A stretch of 63,998 nucleotides of DNA, counting the filler, from an uncultured bacterium (lineage in GTDB: Bacteria; CAYSBA01): NCBI GenBank assembly GCA_964429075.1. It is 10 parts of 10 records of this genome, joined end to end, with 100 filler letters (N's around TTAATTAATTAA, not from the genome) between each part and the next. Parts side by side here need not be neighbours in the genome. Positions count along the whole stretch, not along the records: positions 33,294 to 39,786 come from CAYSBA010000076.1; positions 39,887 to 46,378 come from CAYSBA010000077.1; 8 more parts are not named here. One strand, 5' to 3'. Every line of letters starts with the position of its first letter. The first letter of the stretch is position 1. Position numbers and translations under genes: made by a program. Under the pieces are notes generated by a model. The model searched no databases and had not been told where the DNA came from. It was given only the letters and a program-made list of their open reading frames with translations. This document shows positions 33,561-45,066 of this stretch, one piece after another.

Positions 33561-35366
33561 ATGGAGATAGGCACAAAGACCCTAATTGATTTACTGTGGG
33601 AAGGTGTAGAGAAGTGGGGAGATAAGGAGGCACTTATCAGTAAAAGAGGCGGGACGTGGGTCTCAAAGAGCTACAGAGAGTGGGCAGAAATATCAAAAAA
33701 CATATCACTTGGCCTGATGGCACTTGGTGCAAAGATTGATGATAAAATAACAATAATGAGTAACACAAGAGAGGAGTGGCTTCTTGCCCATTTTGGAATC
33801 CTTGGTGCTGGTTGTGCATCCACTGCCATCTATCCATCATACCTCCCCAAAGATATTGTTTACATAACCAACGACTGTGAAGCAACACTTGCCTTTGTAG
33901 AAGATCAAACCCAACTTAACAAATATCTTGAGATCAAAGACAAGATTCCCAATATAAAAAAGGTGATTATCTTCGATGGAGATAGCGATGCTGATTGGAT
34001 AATCAGTTTTCAAGATCTAATCAAGTTGGGTGAACGTTATGGTGAGGAGCATCCAGAGGCATTCGATGAAGTACGGAAAAAAATAGGTCCTGACAATGTG
34101 GCATCCATAATTTATACTTCAGGAACAACCGGACCACCTAAGGGTGTTATGCTTACTCACGACGCATGGGTATTTGAGGCAGAAAGCATTGGAGGGCTTC
34201 ACTTTATAGAGGATGACTACGTTCAACTTTTATTCTTACCCCTTTCTCACAGCTTTGCACAGGTGCTTTTCCTTATTTGTCTTGTCAAACGATGTCCTGT
34301 TGCATTTGCTGAGAGCATTGATAAGGTGGTAGACAATATGAAAGAGGTACGACCTCATTTTATGGGTGCAGTACCTAGAATCTATGAAAAAATCTATACA
34401 AAGATTACGATGGGTGTAGAAGAGGCAGGAGGTCTGAAAAAGAAGATATTTAATTGGTCACTTGGAGTTGGCAGAGAGGTTAGTAAATTAAAACAGAAAA
34501 AACAGAATATCCCTGCTACCTTAAAATTGAAATTCAAGATTGCAAACAAACTTGTGTTTCACAAAATCAAAGAGATATTTGGTGGCCGTTTACTCTTTTT
34601 CATATCTGGTGGTGCTCCCCTTTCCAAGGATATTGCTGAATTTTTTCATGCAGCTGATATTCTTATTTTAGAAGGCTGGGGATTAACTGAGACAAGTGCT
34701 GGCACCTGTGTTAATAGATTGAGTAATTATAAGTTCGGTACTGTTGGACCACCCCTACCAGGTATAGAGATTAAGATTGCAGATGATGGTGAAATACTTG
34801 TAAGGGCAAGGAGTGTAATGAAAGGTTACTATAAGAAAGAGGCAGAAACAAGAGAGGTCCTTGAACCTGATGGATGGTTCCATACAGGAGATATTGGGGT
34901 CATTGATGAAGATGGATTTTTAAAGATTACAGATCGAAAAAAGGATATCATTGTAACAGCCGGTGGTAAAAATGTTGCCCCACAAAATATAGAAAATCGT
35001 TTTAAATCCCTCTGCCCTTATTGCAGTCAGATAATGGTATATGGAGATAAACGTAAGTATCTTGTAGCCTTAATAACTCTTAATCAGGAAAACATACAGG
35101 ACTACGCAAAAGCAAATGGTATACAGTACAGCGACTATAAAGAACTTACACAGAAAAAGGAAATCTACAACCTCATTCAGACCTACATAGACAAACTAAA
35201 CAGTGAACTTGCCAGCTATGAGACAATAAAATATTTCAAGATACTGGATAGGGATTTCTCAGAAGAAGAGGGAGAAATTACACCCACTCTTAAGGTGAAA
35301 CGAAAGGTGATAACACAGAAATATAAAGATATTCTTGATTCCATGTATGAAGAAAAATTCGATTAA
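33561..35366 (+). CDS. long-chain fatty acid-CoA ligase (FadD15-like)
   Basis: YTSGTTGPPKG, GWGLTET, TGDIG, DRKKD and TPTLKVKR. Confidence 0.9.
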   Translation: MEIGTKTLIDLLWEGVEKWGDKEALISKRGGTWVSKSYREWAEISKNISLGLMALGAKIDDKITIMSNTREEWLLAHFGILGAGCASTAIYPSYLPKDIVYITNDCEATLAFVEDQTQLNKYLEIKDKIPNIKKVIIFDGDSDADWIISFQDLIKLGERYGEEHPEAFDEVRKKIGPDNVASIIYTSGTTGPPKGVMLTHDAWVFEAESIGGLHFIEDDYVQLLFLPLSHSFAQVLFLICLVKRCPVAFAESIDKVVDNMKEVRPHFMGAVPRIYEKIYTKITMGVEEAGGLKKKIFNWSLGVGREVSKLKQKKQNIPATLKLKFKIANKLVFHKIKEIFGGRLLFFISGGAPLSKDIAEFFHAADILILEGWGLTETSAGTCVNRLSNYKFGTVGPPLPGIEIKIADDGEILVRARSVMKGYYKKEAETREVLEPDGWFHTGDIGVIDEDGFLKITDRKKDIIVTAGGKNVAPQNIENRFKSLCPYCSQIMVYGDKRKYLVALITLNQENIQDYAKANGIQYSDYKELTQKKEIYNLIQTYIDKLNSELASYETIKYFKILDRDFSEEEGEITPTLKVKRKVITQKYKDILDSMYEEKFD

Positions 35367-35472
35367 TCCTTAGATGTTAGTATTTATGACTGCAGAACTA
35401 TATTGATTTAATCAGGTTGTAGCTGTTGCTGCTAAAGGTATTTAAGAAGAATTTGGACCAGAGAGATTAGTT

Positions 35473-36645
35473 ATGGAATTTTACAGGGTTTCAAAGCTTC
35501 CTCCTTACATCTTTTCTATAGTAGATGAGATGAAATACAGGGCAAGGAGAGAGGGCAAAGATGTAATAGATTTTGGTATGGGAAATCCTGACGGTGCAAC
35601 ACCAGAACCGGTTGTAAGAAAATTGATTGAAGCAGTAAATAATCCTAAGAATCACAGATACTCAATCTCAAGAGGAATATTCGGCCTTAGGAAAGAGATA
35701 CAGCTTTACTATCAGCGGCGATTCGGAGTGGAACTCGATCCAGAAAAGGAATGTATCGTGACAATTGGATCAAAAGAGGGGCTTGCACATCTTTTACTTG
35801 CCATAATAACCCCTGGCGATGTAGTGCTTGTACCTGATCCGTCCTATCCAATACACACTCATGGTGTCGTGATTGCAGGCGGTCATCTTGCAAAGGTCAA
35901 GATGGGCAACACTGTTGAGAAGTTCTTCAATAATCTTGTGCAAATCTATTCAAACACCTGGCCAAGGCCAAGATTTCTACTTTTAAACTTTCCCCATAAC
36001 CCAACAACACAGATTGTTGAATTAGATTTCTTTGAGGCAGTTATAGACTTTGCACGAAAATACGATCTATTCGTTATTCACGATCATGCCTATGCAGACC
36101 TTTGTTTTGATGACTACAAATCACCTAGTATATTACAGGTAAAAGGAGCCAAAGAGATTGCAGTAGAGTGCTATTCATTGTCAAAAAGCTATAATATGCC
36201 TGGCTGGAGAGTTGGTTTTGTTGTAGGGAATGAGAAGGTTATCCACGCCTTGTCGAGGGTAAAAAGTTATCTCGATTATGGTATCTTTCAACCCATTCAG
36301 ATTGCAGCAATCGTAGCAATGAGAATGGGAGAAAAATTAATAGAACCAATAAGAGAAAAATATAGAGAAAGAAGAGACCTTCTTGTACAGGGGCTCAACG
36401 ATATAGGCTGGCATGTCGAAAAGCCAAGAGCAACAATGTTTGTATGGGCAAAGATACCAGAGAAGATTGATAAAGATTCTCTCTCCTTTGCAAAATACTT
36501 ACTTAGTAGATATAATGTAGCAGTAAGCCCTGGTATTGGTTTTGGTGATGCAGGTGAAGGTTATGTCAGGTTTGCACTCGTTGAAAATAGACAGAGAACA
36601 AGACAGGCACTTAGACAGTTAAAGAAGCTCTTTAGAGATTCATAA
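35473..36645 (+). CDS. class I/II PLP aminotransferase, AlaC/DapL-like
   Basis: [38 protein letters not shown] and KSYLDYG. Confidence 0.88.
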   Translation: MEFYRVSKLPPYIFSIVDEMKYRARREGKDVIDFGMGNPDGATPEPVVRKLIEAVNNPKNHRYSISRGIFGLRKEIQLYYQRRFGVELDPEKECIVTIGSKEGLAHLLLAIITPGDVVLVPDPSYPIHTHGVVIAGGHLAKVKMGNTVEKFFNNLVQIYSNTWPRPRFLLLNFPHNPTTQIVELDFFEAVIDFARKYDLFVIHDHAYADLCFDDYKSPSILQVKGAKEIAVECYSLSKSYNMPGWRVGFVVGNEKVIHALSRVKSYLDYGIFQPIQIAAIVAMRMGEKLIEPIREKYRERRDLLVQGLNDIGWHVEKPRATMFVWAKIPEKIDKDSLSFAKYLLSRYNVAVSPGIGFGDAGEGYVRFALVENRQRTRQALRQLKKLFRDS

Positions 36646-37564
36646 TATACCTGCGTGTCTCTTCAACAATACTGTGAACATCTTGGGATTCGAGCTCATT
36701 GATTACCGTTGTTGTTATATATTTTGTATCATTGCTGCTAAATGACCTTTTGTATTTAATAAACCTTTTAGCATCCGGTGTTGATATGCAGCACCATATT
36801 GTCCACCCATCATTTTTTCTCTCCGCATGTACCGCAATAGGAGCCCTACAGCCACCCTCCAATGATCTAAGTATATCTCTTTCTATCCTGAGTGCAGTAT
36901 GGGAACAAACATTGTCAATACCTTTAAGTACTTCCAGTAATTCATGATTGTTTTCAAGTGCCTCTATTGCCACAATCCCCTGTCCTGCAGCAGGGACACA
37001 GATATCATAAGACAGTGGTTCAACAAAAAGATCACTTAGATCTATCTCCATTCTTTTAATGCCCGCCTCAGACATTACTATCATATCGAATTGACTGGAT
37101 CTCAATTTTTTTAACCTTGTCTCAACATTTCCTCTCAGATCCTTGAAACAGATATTTTTTTTCGTAATAAAAAGCTGCGTCTTTCTTCTCATGGAGGATG
37201 TGCCAATACATATTGGATCTTTATATTCAATAAAGGGCTTATCCTTCTGTTTGACAAGACAGTCCCTTGGGAAGTCTCTCTCAAGTACAGCAGCAAGTAT
37301 TATTGTATCTGGAGAATCTGTTGGCATATCTTTTGCACTATGAACAGCTATATCAATCTTTCTCTCCAAAAGTGCCCTCTGTATCTCTTTTACAAACACA
37401 CCTACAGTTTTTATCTGCCATAGTGGGGTACTTCTATCTCTATCTCCTGCGGTCCTGATAGGAATAATATCCACCTTGTGGCCATGATCTATGAGCTCTT
37501 TTTTTACCCTTTCTGCCTGCCACATTGCAAGTCTGCTACCTCTTGTTCCAAGTCTTATCTTCAT
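36632..37564 (-). CDS. hemC: hydroxymethylbilane synthase
   Basis: [32 protein letters not shown] and GGCRAP. Confidence 0.96.
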   Translation of the reverse strand: MKIRLGTRGSRLAMWQAERVKKELIDHGHKVDIIPIRTAGDRDRSTPLWQIKTVGVFVKEIQRALLERKIDIAVHSAKDMPTDSPDTIILAAVLERDFPRDCLVKQKDKPFIEYKDPICIGTSSMRRKTQLFITKKNICFKDLRGNVETRLKKLRSSQFDMIVMSEAGIKRMEIDLSDLFVEPLSYDICVPAAGQGIVAIEALENNHELLEVLKGIDNVCSHTALRIERDILRSLEGGCRAPIAVHAERKNDGWTIWCCISTPDAKRFIKYKRSFSSNDTKYITTTVINELESQDVHSIVEETRRYIMNL

Positions 37565-38829
37565 TGTTGTTCCCCACCTTTTATCTCTTTAAACATATCT
37601 TCAAGTGCCTTTGCATACTCAAGTGCCTTATCCCTATTTGGTGTGGTCTTTAGTTTTGTAATGAATTGTTTTACAAACTCATTCATTAGCCTCTTTGAGA
37701 ACTTATCAATCAATGCAAGTTGATTTTGAGTAAAATTCTTATCGCTGAAAAAGGCTTCAAACTCCCTTTTCCTGATGTCCTCTGCAGTTAATCTGACAGC
37801 CTTAATCGCCGGTGAGACCTTTCGTGTGTGTAACCAATTATTGAAATCCTTTGCTATTTCTATAATAATCTCTCTGGCCTTCTTAGCCTCTTTACGTCTT
37901 GCCTCAAGACTCTTTTCTACAACCCGCTTTAGATCATCTACTGTATAGAGAAAAACATTCCCTACCTCTGCACACTCTGGATCCACATTTCGTGGCACAG
38001 ATAGATCAACAACAAGCATTGTTCTGTTTTTTCTCTTTTTAGAAGCACTGGTGATGTGTCTTTCAGTTATTACATAGCTTTTAGATGCAGTTGAGCAAAT
38101 AACAACATCAAATTTGTCAAGGTTCTCAAGCAATTGTTCCATCTCCTTTGGAACACCACCAAATTTTTTAGTAAACTCCTTGGCCCTTTCAAAGGTCCTG
38201 CTTGCTACAAAAAGCGACTTTGAACGATCTGCAAAATAGGTAATGACATCTTCTGCTATCTCTCCTGCACCGATTAAACAGACATCCGTCTTTTCGATGG
38301 CACCAAATATTCTCCTGGATAGCTCTAAGATTGCGTAGCCTGTGCTTATTGCACCTTCACCAATTGCGGTCCTTGTGCGTGCTTCTTTGGCTGCCCTGAA
38401 GGCCATACTAAAGAGTTGATTAAGGTATGGACCTACAGTACCAGACTCTGTTGCGATTTTAAATGCCCTCTTGACCTGTCCGAGTATTTGAGGTTCTCCA
38501 ATTATCATAGAATCGAGACCAGAAGCTACCTTAAAAAGATGTAGTATGGCATCCATATCAATATTAATGTAGAGATAACTGTTTATAACCTCTCTCGGAA
38601 CGGCCCTATCAAATAGCACCTTCTTGGCTATTTCTATACACAGCTCACTATCAGTGCCAACAAGATAGGTTTCAGTTCTGTTGCATGTTGATATGAGTAC
38701 TGCTTCGGATGCCCCCTCTTTTAAGAACTCTCTGACAAAGTCCCTGTATTCTTTCTCAGGCACACTTATTTTTTCCCTGATCTCAAGGGGTGTTCTTCTG
38801 TAATTTATGCCACAACATATAATACGCAC
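37561..38829 (-). CDS. hemA: glutamyl-tRNA reductase
   Basis: STCNRTE, SGLDSMIIGEPQILGQ, GAGE and DLSVPRN. Confidence 0.96.
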   Translation of the reverse strand: MRIICCGINYRRTPLEIREKISVPEKEYRDFVREFLKEGASEAVLISTCNRTETYLVGTDSELCIEIAKKVLFDRAVPREVINSYLYINIDMDAILHLFKVASGLDSMIIGEPQILGQVKRAFKIATESGTVGPYLNQLFSMAFRAAKEARTRTAIGEGAISTGYAILELSRRIFGAIEKTDVCLIGAGEIAEDVITYFADRSKSLFVASRTFERAKEFTKKFGGVPKEMEQLLENLDKFDVVICSTASKSYVITERHITSASKKRKNRTMLVVDLSVPRNVDPECAEVGNVFLYTVDDLKRVVEKSLEARRKEAKKAREIIIEIAKDFNNWLHTRKVSPAIKAVRLTAEDIRKREFEAFFSDKNFTQNQLALIDKFSKRLMNEFVKQFITKLKTTPNRDKALEYAKALEDMFKEIKGGEQQ

Positions 38830-38841
38830 CCTTTTTCTTCC

Positions 38842-39672
38842 TCAAAATGCATGGACCGATGGAAACAGAAGACCGGTTGTAAAGAAATTAATAATTACAA
38901 TCACAAATGCAACAATAGTGAGCCATGCAGACCTTTTCCCATAAATTACTCCCATCCTTTGACTTGCCAAAAGTACAGTATATATTAACCAACTTATGAT
39001 CACATTTAAAAATTTAGGATCCAGAATAAATCTATTCCAGATATCGAATGACCACTTGATCCCTGATATTATCCCCACTGTAAGCAAAACCACACCAACA
39101 AGGTTACCATAGAATATGACTTTCTCCATTAGATCCAGCGAAGGTATCTTATTGAAGAAAAAACCGAATCTCTTGTTTGCTATCTCATTGTAGAGAAGGA
39201 TATACAGAATTGCACTTATGCTGGAAAACAAAAATACAACATATGAAAAAAGTGATGATGCAACGTGAATCTCGAATACAGGTGAAAAAACAAGCTCTCT
39301 ACTGGCATGAGTTCTTGTAATTGTTGAGCCAAGCATGAGGAATATAAATATAATGCTCAATACAGGCTGACCAAAGACCCTATCCTCTATTGCAGATTCA
39401 AGCAAAAGGTATGCTGTGGCTGCAAACCATGCAAAGATAGATACTGCTCCGAAGATATCTGTAAATGGAATGAAACCAAGGCTATAGGTTGCCTCAACAA
39501 TTACAAGCATGTGAATTACAACGACAGTGGAAGTCACAAGGCTTGCAATCTTCCCGCTCTGCTCACCCTCACCAAAAAAGTGAATTGAATACAATATAGC
39601 GCAGATAAGATACAAAAATGGTATAAGATCTCTAAAAAGAGGATCCAATTCTAACCTCAAAAGAATTAACAA
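38842..39672 (-). CDS. CcsA/HemX-type cytochrome c assembly membrane protein
   Basis: About 8 TM segments; conserved His residues, PSLD, G..W and DPK; upstream of hemA. Confidence 0.8.
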   Translation of the reverse strand: MLILLRLELDPLFRDLIPFLYLICAILYSIHFFGEGEQSGKIASLVTSTVVVIHMLVIVEATYSLGFIPFTDIFGAVSIFAWFAATAYLLLESAIEDRVFGQPVLSIIFIFLMLGSTITRTHASRELVFSPVFEIHVASSLFSYVVFLFSSISAILYILLYNEIANKRFGFFFNKIPSLDLMEKVIFYGNLVGVVLLTVGIISGIKWSFDIWNRFILDPKFLNVIISWLIYTVLLASQRMGVIYGKRSAWLTIVAFVIVIINFFTTGLLFPSVHAF

Positions 39673-39786
39673 TCCTTATAACTTCAAGATATACCTATGT
39701 CAAATCAAGTGCAATCTGTATTTTTAACATATCAGGTCTAAATTTTTCTGTAAAAAAGGGTAGCAAAAAACAAATCATATAAAAAG

Positions 39787-39886
39787 NNNNNNNNNNNNNN
39801 NNNNNNNNNNNNNNNNNNNNNNNNNNNNNNTTAATTAATTAANNNNNNNNNNNNNNNNNNNNNNNNNNNNNNNNNNNNNNNNNNNN
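39787..39886. other. artificial contig spacer
   Basis: N44-TTAATTAATTAA-N44. Confidence 0.99.
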
Positions 39887-39986
39887 CTCTTAACCCTTAA
39901 CTTACCACTGCAAATTACCATGACCCTTATCACTTTACATGCATACTTGCTATTAAGGGTGTGTTTTGTTATTCTAAGATGCCCAT

Positions 39987-40059
39987 GGGGCTGTAGCTCA
40001 GCCGGGAGAGCGTCGCGTTCGCAACGCGAAGGCCGGGGGTTCGAATCCCCTCAGCTCCA
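39987..40059 (+). tRNA. tRNA-Ala (anticodon CGC), CCA not encoded
   Basis: GGGGCTG/CAGCTCC acceptor with G3:U70; anticodon arm TCGCG-TTCGCAA-CGCGA; GGTTCGAATCC T-arm. Confidence 0.96.
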
Positions 40060-40090
40060 TAGTAATTAATTATTGGAGAGGTTTGTAAAT

Positions 40091-42862
40091 ATGAACTACA
40101 AAAATACACTCAATCTCCCAAAGACAGATTTTCCTATGAAGGCAAATCTTGCAAAAAGGGAGCCAGAAATAATAAGAAAGTGGGAAGAGATTGATCTATA
40201 CAGAAGGATCTTAGAAAAAAATAGAAATAGAAAGAAATTTGTTCTACATGATGGTCCTCCCTATGCAAATGGCAGGATACATCAGGGCACAATCCTGAAC
40301 AAGATTCTAAAAGATATTGTTGTTCGATACAAAAATATGTCAGGCTATTTTTGCGACTTTATACCGGGCTGGGATTGTCATGGCCTGCCCATAGAACTTA
40401 AGGTAGAAGAGGAATTCAAACAGAAAGGCAAAAATCCAGATCCAGTAACCTTTCGAATGGCATGCAGGGACTATGCAAGGCGTTATATAGATATACAGAG
40501 AGATGAATTTAAACGTTTTGGCGTTATCGCAAGATGGGATAAGCCATATTTGACTATGGAACGCTCCTATGAGGCCCAGATAATTCGAGAACTTGCCAAA
40601 GTAGCACAAAAAGGGCTCTTATATAAACAAAAAAAACCTGTATACTGGTGCTGGTCCTGCAGAACAGCACTTGCAGAAGCAGAGGTCGAGTATAAAAATA
40701 TTAGTTCTCCATCTATATATGTCAAATTCAAGATGAAGTCTGTACCGGACCAATTGCGTGTAGATGATAGAGAAATATATGTTGTAATATGGACAACAAC
40801 CCCATGGACACTTCCTGCCAATCTTGCAGTGGCTCTCAATCCCAATATTCGTTACAGTGTTATAGCGGTTGATGATCAGAAAGATCTTTTTGTTATTGCA
40901 GAAGATCTAATAGAGGATTTTGTAAAGGACTGCGGATTTATGCAGTATAAGATTATAAAAATATTCAGACCAGATTTTCTCGATGGACTTTTACTTCAAC
41001 ATCCTTTTCTTGATTGTGATTCTGTGATTATATTTGGTGATCATGTAACGGTTGAAAGAGGTACCGGTTGCGTTCATACTGCACCTGGCCATGGTGAAGA
41101 GGATTATATAGTTGGTCTAAAATATGGGCTTGATATCTACTCTCCGGTTGATGAAGCAGGCAGGTTTACATCGGATTATAAGGAGATGGAGGGAGAATTT
41201 GTATTTGATGCTGATAAAAAGATTGTTTCTATGCTGGATCAAAAGGGAGTACTTCTCAACAGGCCAAACGATCAAACCATGCACTCCTATCCGCACTGCT
41301 GGCGGTGTAAAAATCCAGTAATTTTCAGGGCTACAGAACAATGGTTTATTGATGTTACTAAGAGTAAAATCAGGGAAGATGCCCTTAGAGAGGTTGATAA
41401 GGTCAGATGGATCCCTGAATGGGGGAAAAACCGCATATCTGGGCTGCTTGCAACCAGACCCGATTGGTGCATTTCACGTCAGAGACTATGGGGTATGCCA
41501 ATCCCTGCATTTAAGTGTAAAAGCTGTGATAAACTGATTGTTGATCCTGTTTTAATATCATACGTTGCTGATATATTTGAAAAAGAGGGTAGCGAGATAT
41601 GGTTTGATAATGTTGAGAGCACCCGATTCCTGCCAGACAATTATAGATGTCCTGAATGTGGTGCAGTGGAATTTGATAGAGAGATGGATATCCTTGATGT
41701 ATGGTTTGACTCAGGAGTAAGTCATACCGCTGTCTGTGATAAAGAGGAGACTCTTAACTGGCCAGCTGATCTCTACCTTGAGGGATCAGATCAACACAGA
41801 GGGTGGTTCCATACATCTCTTTTACATTCTCTTATAACTAAAGGATCTGCACCCTACAGAGCTGTTTTAACCCACGGTTTTGTCGTTGATGGTGAAGGGA
41901 AAAAGATAAGTAAATCACAGGGCAATTTTATCCCCCCCTCCGAACTACTTGAAGAATCTGGTGCAGAAATATTTAGGCTCTGGGCATCCTATGAGGATTA
42001 TACTGGCGACGTAAAGATATCAAGGGAGATCTTTGCAAGACTAAAAGAGAGCTACCGAAAGATAAGAAACACCATAAGGTACATGTTGGGTGTTTTGTTT
42101 GACTTTGATCCTGAGAAAGACAGTATAGATATTACTGATCTCGAGTTGCTCGATAAATGGATGTTAGACAGACTTTTTAAATATGTTGATGAATGTAAAA
42201 AGGCATATGATTCTTTTGAATTTCATAAGATATATCATAAGACCCTTAATCTATGTATAAATGTCTTAAGCTCTTTCTACCTTGATGTTACAAAAGAAAG
42301 GTTTTATGTACTTCTACCTGATGACAGAAGGAGACGTTCTGCCCAGACTGCCGTATATATTGCCATTAAAAATATGTTAATATGCCTGGCTCCAATTCTT
42401 GTATTTACAACCGATGAGGCATGGAGTTATTTACCAAAAACCGGGGAAGAATCGATCCATTTAGTTGATTTTCAAAGGCCCATAGAATTAAAGGTGGATG
42501 AAAGATTCTACTCTGACTGGGATAGTTTCTTTGAACTGAGAGATGCTGTTCTTTCTGAACTTGAAAAAAAGAGAAAAGAGGGTATCATAGGTCAGTCTCT
42601 CGATGCACAGGTATATATCAAGACAGACAATATAAAATATCTTGATCTTGTTGATACCTTTGGAATTGACCAACTAAGAGAGATGTTGATCCTGTCTGGC
42701 CTCAAGATTGAAAAAGCCAGTACAGAACTTAAGATCGAAGTAAAAAAGGCAAAAGGCAATAAATGTGCTCGATGCTGGCACTATTCAACAGATGTTGATG
42801 ACAAAGATGGATATCCCTCTGTCTGCAACAGATGCTTTGATATATTAAGAGTCTTAAAGTAG
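40091..42862 (+). CDS. ileS: isoleucyl-tRNA synthetase (type 1, C-terminal zinc finger)
   Basis: HDGPPYANG, WTTTPWT, WCISRQR, EGSDQHRGWF and KCARCW...CNRC. Confidence 0.97.
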   Translation: MNYKNTLNLPKTDFPMKANLAKREPEIIRKWEEIDLYRRILEKNRNRKKFVLHDGPPYANGRIHQGTILNKILKDIVVRYKNMSGYFCDFIPGWDCHGLPIELKVEEEFKQKGKNPDPVTFRMACRDYARRYIDIQRDEFKRFGVIARWDKPYLTMERSYEAQIIRELAKVAQKGLLYKQKKPVYWCWSCRTALAEAEVEYKNISSPSIYVKFKMKSVPDQLRVDDREIYVVIWTTTPWTLPANLAVALNPNIRYSVIAVDDQKDLFVIAEDLIEDFVKDCGFMQYKIIKIFRPDFLDGLLLQHPFLDCDSVIIFGDHVTVERGTGCVHTAPGHGEEDYIVGLKYGLDIYSPVDEAGRFTSDYKEMEGEFVFDADKKIVSMLDQKGVLLNRPNDQTMHSYPHCWRCKNPVIFRATEQWFIDVTKSKIREDALREVDKVRWIPEWGKNRISGLLATRPDWCISRQRLWGMPIPAFKCKSCDKLIVDPVLISYVADIFEKEGSEIWFDNVESTRFLPDNYRCPECGAVEFDREMDILDVWFDSGVSHTAVCDKEETLNWPADLYLEGSDQHRGWFHTSLLHSLITKGSAPYRAVLTHGFVVDGEGKKISKSQGNFIPPSELLEESGAEIFRLWASYEDYTGDVKISREIFARLKESYRKIRNTIRYMLGVLFDFDPEKDSIDITDLELLDKWMLDRLFKYVDECKKAYDSFEFHKIYHKTLNLCINVLSSFYLDVTKERFYVLLPDDRRRRSAQTAVYIAIKNMLICLAPILVFTTDEAWSYLPKTGEESIHLVDFQRPIELKVDERFYSDWDSFFELRDAVLSELEKKRKEGIIGQSLDAQVYIKTDNIKYLDLVDTFGIDQLREMLILSGLKIEKASTELKIEVKKAKGNKCARCWHYSTDVDDKDGYPSVCNRCFDILRVLK

Positions 42863-42872
42863 GTATTACTTG

Positions 42873-43442
42873 ATGAGAAAGTATCTGATTATCCTCTCTA
42901 TGGCCCTTATAATCCTTGTTTTTGATCAGTGGTCTAAGTTTGTGGTTGTAAGTAAATTAAGCTCATTTAAATTTAAAACAGAACAGGAAAAGGGCTTTAA
43001 AGATTTTTACACAATAAGACATCCCCTACCAGTTGGCAAAGTGTCGGTTGTTCCTGGATTTTTTGATATCCGTTATGTAGAGAATCCATATGGTGCATGG
43101 GGTATGTTTGCAGGTGTATCAGATAAAATTAGAGGCTGGCTATTCCCCACCCTCTCTCTATTTGCTGTGGGAGTCTTAATTTGGTTTATAATAACCGTTC
43201 CAGCTGACAATATTCTTCTTATACTTGCTATGGGATGTGTCAGTGGTGGTGCACTTGGTAATTTTGTAGATCGCTTTAATTATGGATATGTAATAGATTT
43301 TCTTGACTTCTATATAGGACGCCTGCACTGGCCTACATTTAATGTGGCAGATTCATTTATCACCATCGGTTTACTGCTAATCATTGCAGATTCAATAATA
43401 CAATCCCGGAAAGAGATCCAACAAAACAGTCCAGACAGTTGA
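42873..43442 (+). CDS. lspA: lipoprotein signal peptidase II
   Basis: DQWSK, NPYGAWG, GALGNFVDR, VIDF and WPTFNVAD. Confidence 0.95.
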   Translation: MRKYLIILSMALIILVFDQWSKFVVVSKLSSFKFKTEQEKGFKDFYTIRHPLPVGKVSVVPGFFDIRYVENPYGAWGMFAGVSDKIRGWLFPTLSLFAVGVLIWFIITVPADNILLILAMGCVSGGALGNFVDRFNYGYVIDFLDFYIGRLHWPTFNVADSFITIGLLLIIADSIIQSRKEIQQNSPDS

Positions 43443-43446
43443 TATA

Positions 43447-44307
43447 CTACCTCTTTCCAACAGAACTTAGATATTCAATCAACAGCTCGGCTCTATCAGT
43501 CTGAATTATGTGAAAACCTTTATCAACCAGATCTCTGTATTTCTCAGGACCATAGGTATCTGCTGCAAGATCATATGGACCGAGAGAATCAACAAATACA
43601 CCAATACCTTCTTTGCCAAGACGTTCTATCTGTTCTTTTGTTAAAGTGCCTATATCTACCTCTACCAGTATACAATCCTTTATCTTGATGTATTCTTCTA
43701 CCTCCTCATAAGAACCTGCCCGTCCCATAATTGCAATCCCACTATTCAGAGATGAGAGATACTTGGCCTTTTCGAGCCCTTTTGCAAGGAGAAATACACG
43801 ATCTTTCATTCCGGTATTGAGTATTTCATTGACTATATCATCGAGGTGATCTGTCTTTATATCAACATCCACAAGCAGGTTACCAAGTTCCTTTATAAAT
43901 TCTAATGCCTCTTTGAAGGTTGGTATCTTCTGATCCTCCACCCCCTCATAGTGGGAAATAATATTTAGCTTTTTTATATCATCAAGCGTCAGCTCATCTA
44001 CCGCACCATGACCATCGGTCTTTGCGTCGACAGTAGGATCATGAAATACAACAAGGGCATTATCTTTTGTATGTCTTACATCGAGCTCTACGCCATCCAC
44101 TCCAAGCTCATAGGCCTTCTGAAAGGCCACAAGAGTATTCCCGGGTGCAAACTCTACATTTCCTCTATGTCCAACAACAAGGGGTGGATTGCATACCAGT
44201 CTATTTATACAGTATGTATTGTTGGTACTCTTTTTGTGACCACATCCAAAAAGGACAATGTAGATTAAAAAAAGATATCTAAGTCGTGAAAGATTATTAA
44301 CCCACAC
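43447..44307 (-). CDS. glycerophosphodiester phosphodiesterase family lipoprotein
   Basis: Lipobox LFGC; GHRG, GNT, ELDV, HD, DIK and IQTD. Confidence 0.88.
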   Translation of the reverse strand: MWVNNLSRLRYLFLIYIVLFGCGHKKSTNNTYCINRLVCNPPLVVGHRGNVEFAPGNTLVAFQKAYELGVDGVELDVRHTKDNALVVFHDPTVDAKTDGHGAVDELTLDDIKKLNIISHYEGVEDQKIPTFKEALEFIKELGNLLVDVDIKTDHLDDIVNEILNTGMKDRVFLLAKGLEKAKYLSSLNSGIAIMGRAGSYEEVEEYIKIKDCILVEVDIGTLTKEQIERLGKEGIGVFVDSLGPYDLAADTYGPEKYRDLVDKGFHIIQTDRAELLIEYLSSVGKR

Positions 44308-45022
44308 CTTTTAGTAATTCCTTTACCTCTATTATATCTGCGTAATATGAATAAAGTTCCTTTTCTTTTGGTCTTATACGATATATCTCCATCCCAAAAT
44401 CGAAAAATAGCTCTGCTATCTCCGTCTCAAGGATTGCAATTCTTTCATGAAGGACCTTTTTAGGATCTTTGGAACCAAAATCTATCTCATAAGTCTCTTT
44501 TAATTCATCAAGCTTATCTTCCAGTAATTCAAGTTCCTCTTCTCGCTTTAGCTGTGTTTTTAACTCTTCAATCTGTTTGCTCATCCTTAAATACTTAAGA
44601 CGTTCTGCCTTAAGTGCCTCAGATAGATTCTTGGCCTTTGTAATCTCATTCTCCGCCCTATAGGACTCTATTTTATGCTCCATGTTCTGTATAGATTCTT
44701 CTACATACTGAATGGATTTATTCAGGGTTAAAAGTTTTTTTCTGATGCCATCCATCTCTTTTTTAATGGCGTTTATCTTTGTTTGAGTATCTTTTATCTT
44801 TTTTTCTAATGCCTCTTTTGATATCTTTCCGGATCTTTTGGCTCCAATGTCGGCACTCTTCAGACGATTCTTTAACTTTTTTAATCTCCTTAATGTTCTT
44901 TCAATTTTAACTCTTATGTTTTCAAACTCCCCTTGACCAAGATCAAAATCAAGGCCTGCCTCACCAAGGGCACATACCCTGCTAAAGAATAGATCTTCAA
45001 GTTCCCTTTTATTTATCTGCAT
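44297..45022 (-). CDS. hypothetical coiled-coil protein
   Basis: 241-aa Lys/Glu-rich heptad pattern; overlaps the start of the next gene. Confidence 0.7.
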   Translation of the reverse strand: MQINKRELEDLFFSRVCALGEAGLDFDLGQGEFENIRVKIERTLRRLKKLKNRLKSADIGAKRSGKISKEALEKKIKDTQTKINAIKKEMDGIRKKLLTLNKSIQYVEESIQNMEHKIESYRAENEITKAKNLSEALKAERLKYLRMSKQIEELKTQLKREEELELLEDKLDELKETYEIDFGSKDPKKVLHERIAILETEIAELFFDFGMEIYRIRPKEKELYSYYADIIEVKELLKGVG

Positions 45023-45066
45023 GTTATGAATGATACCAGAAAAAATAAAAAATTCAAAAGCTATCT

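Noticed and set aside
36632-39672. Missing hemD/cobA after hemC as a pathway anomaly
   Set aside because: The genome is fragmented; the genes may lie on other contigs
39887-39933. Possible rlmH 5' end on the minus strand (MIRVMVICSGKLRVK)
   Set aside because: Only 15 codons before the contig edge; too short to support
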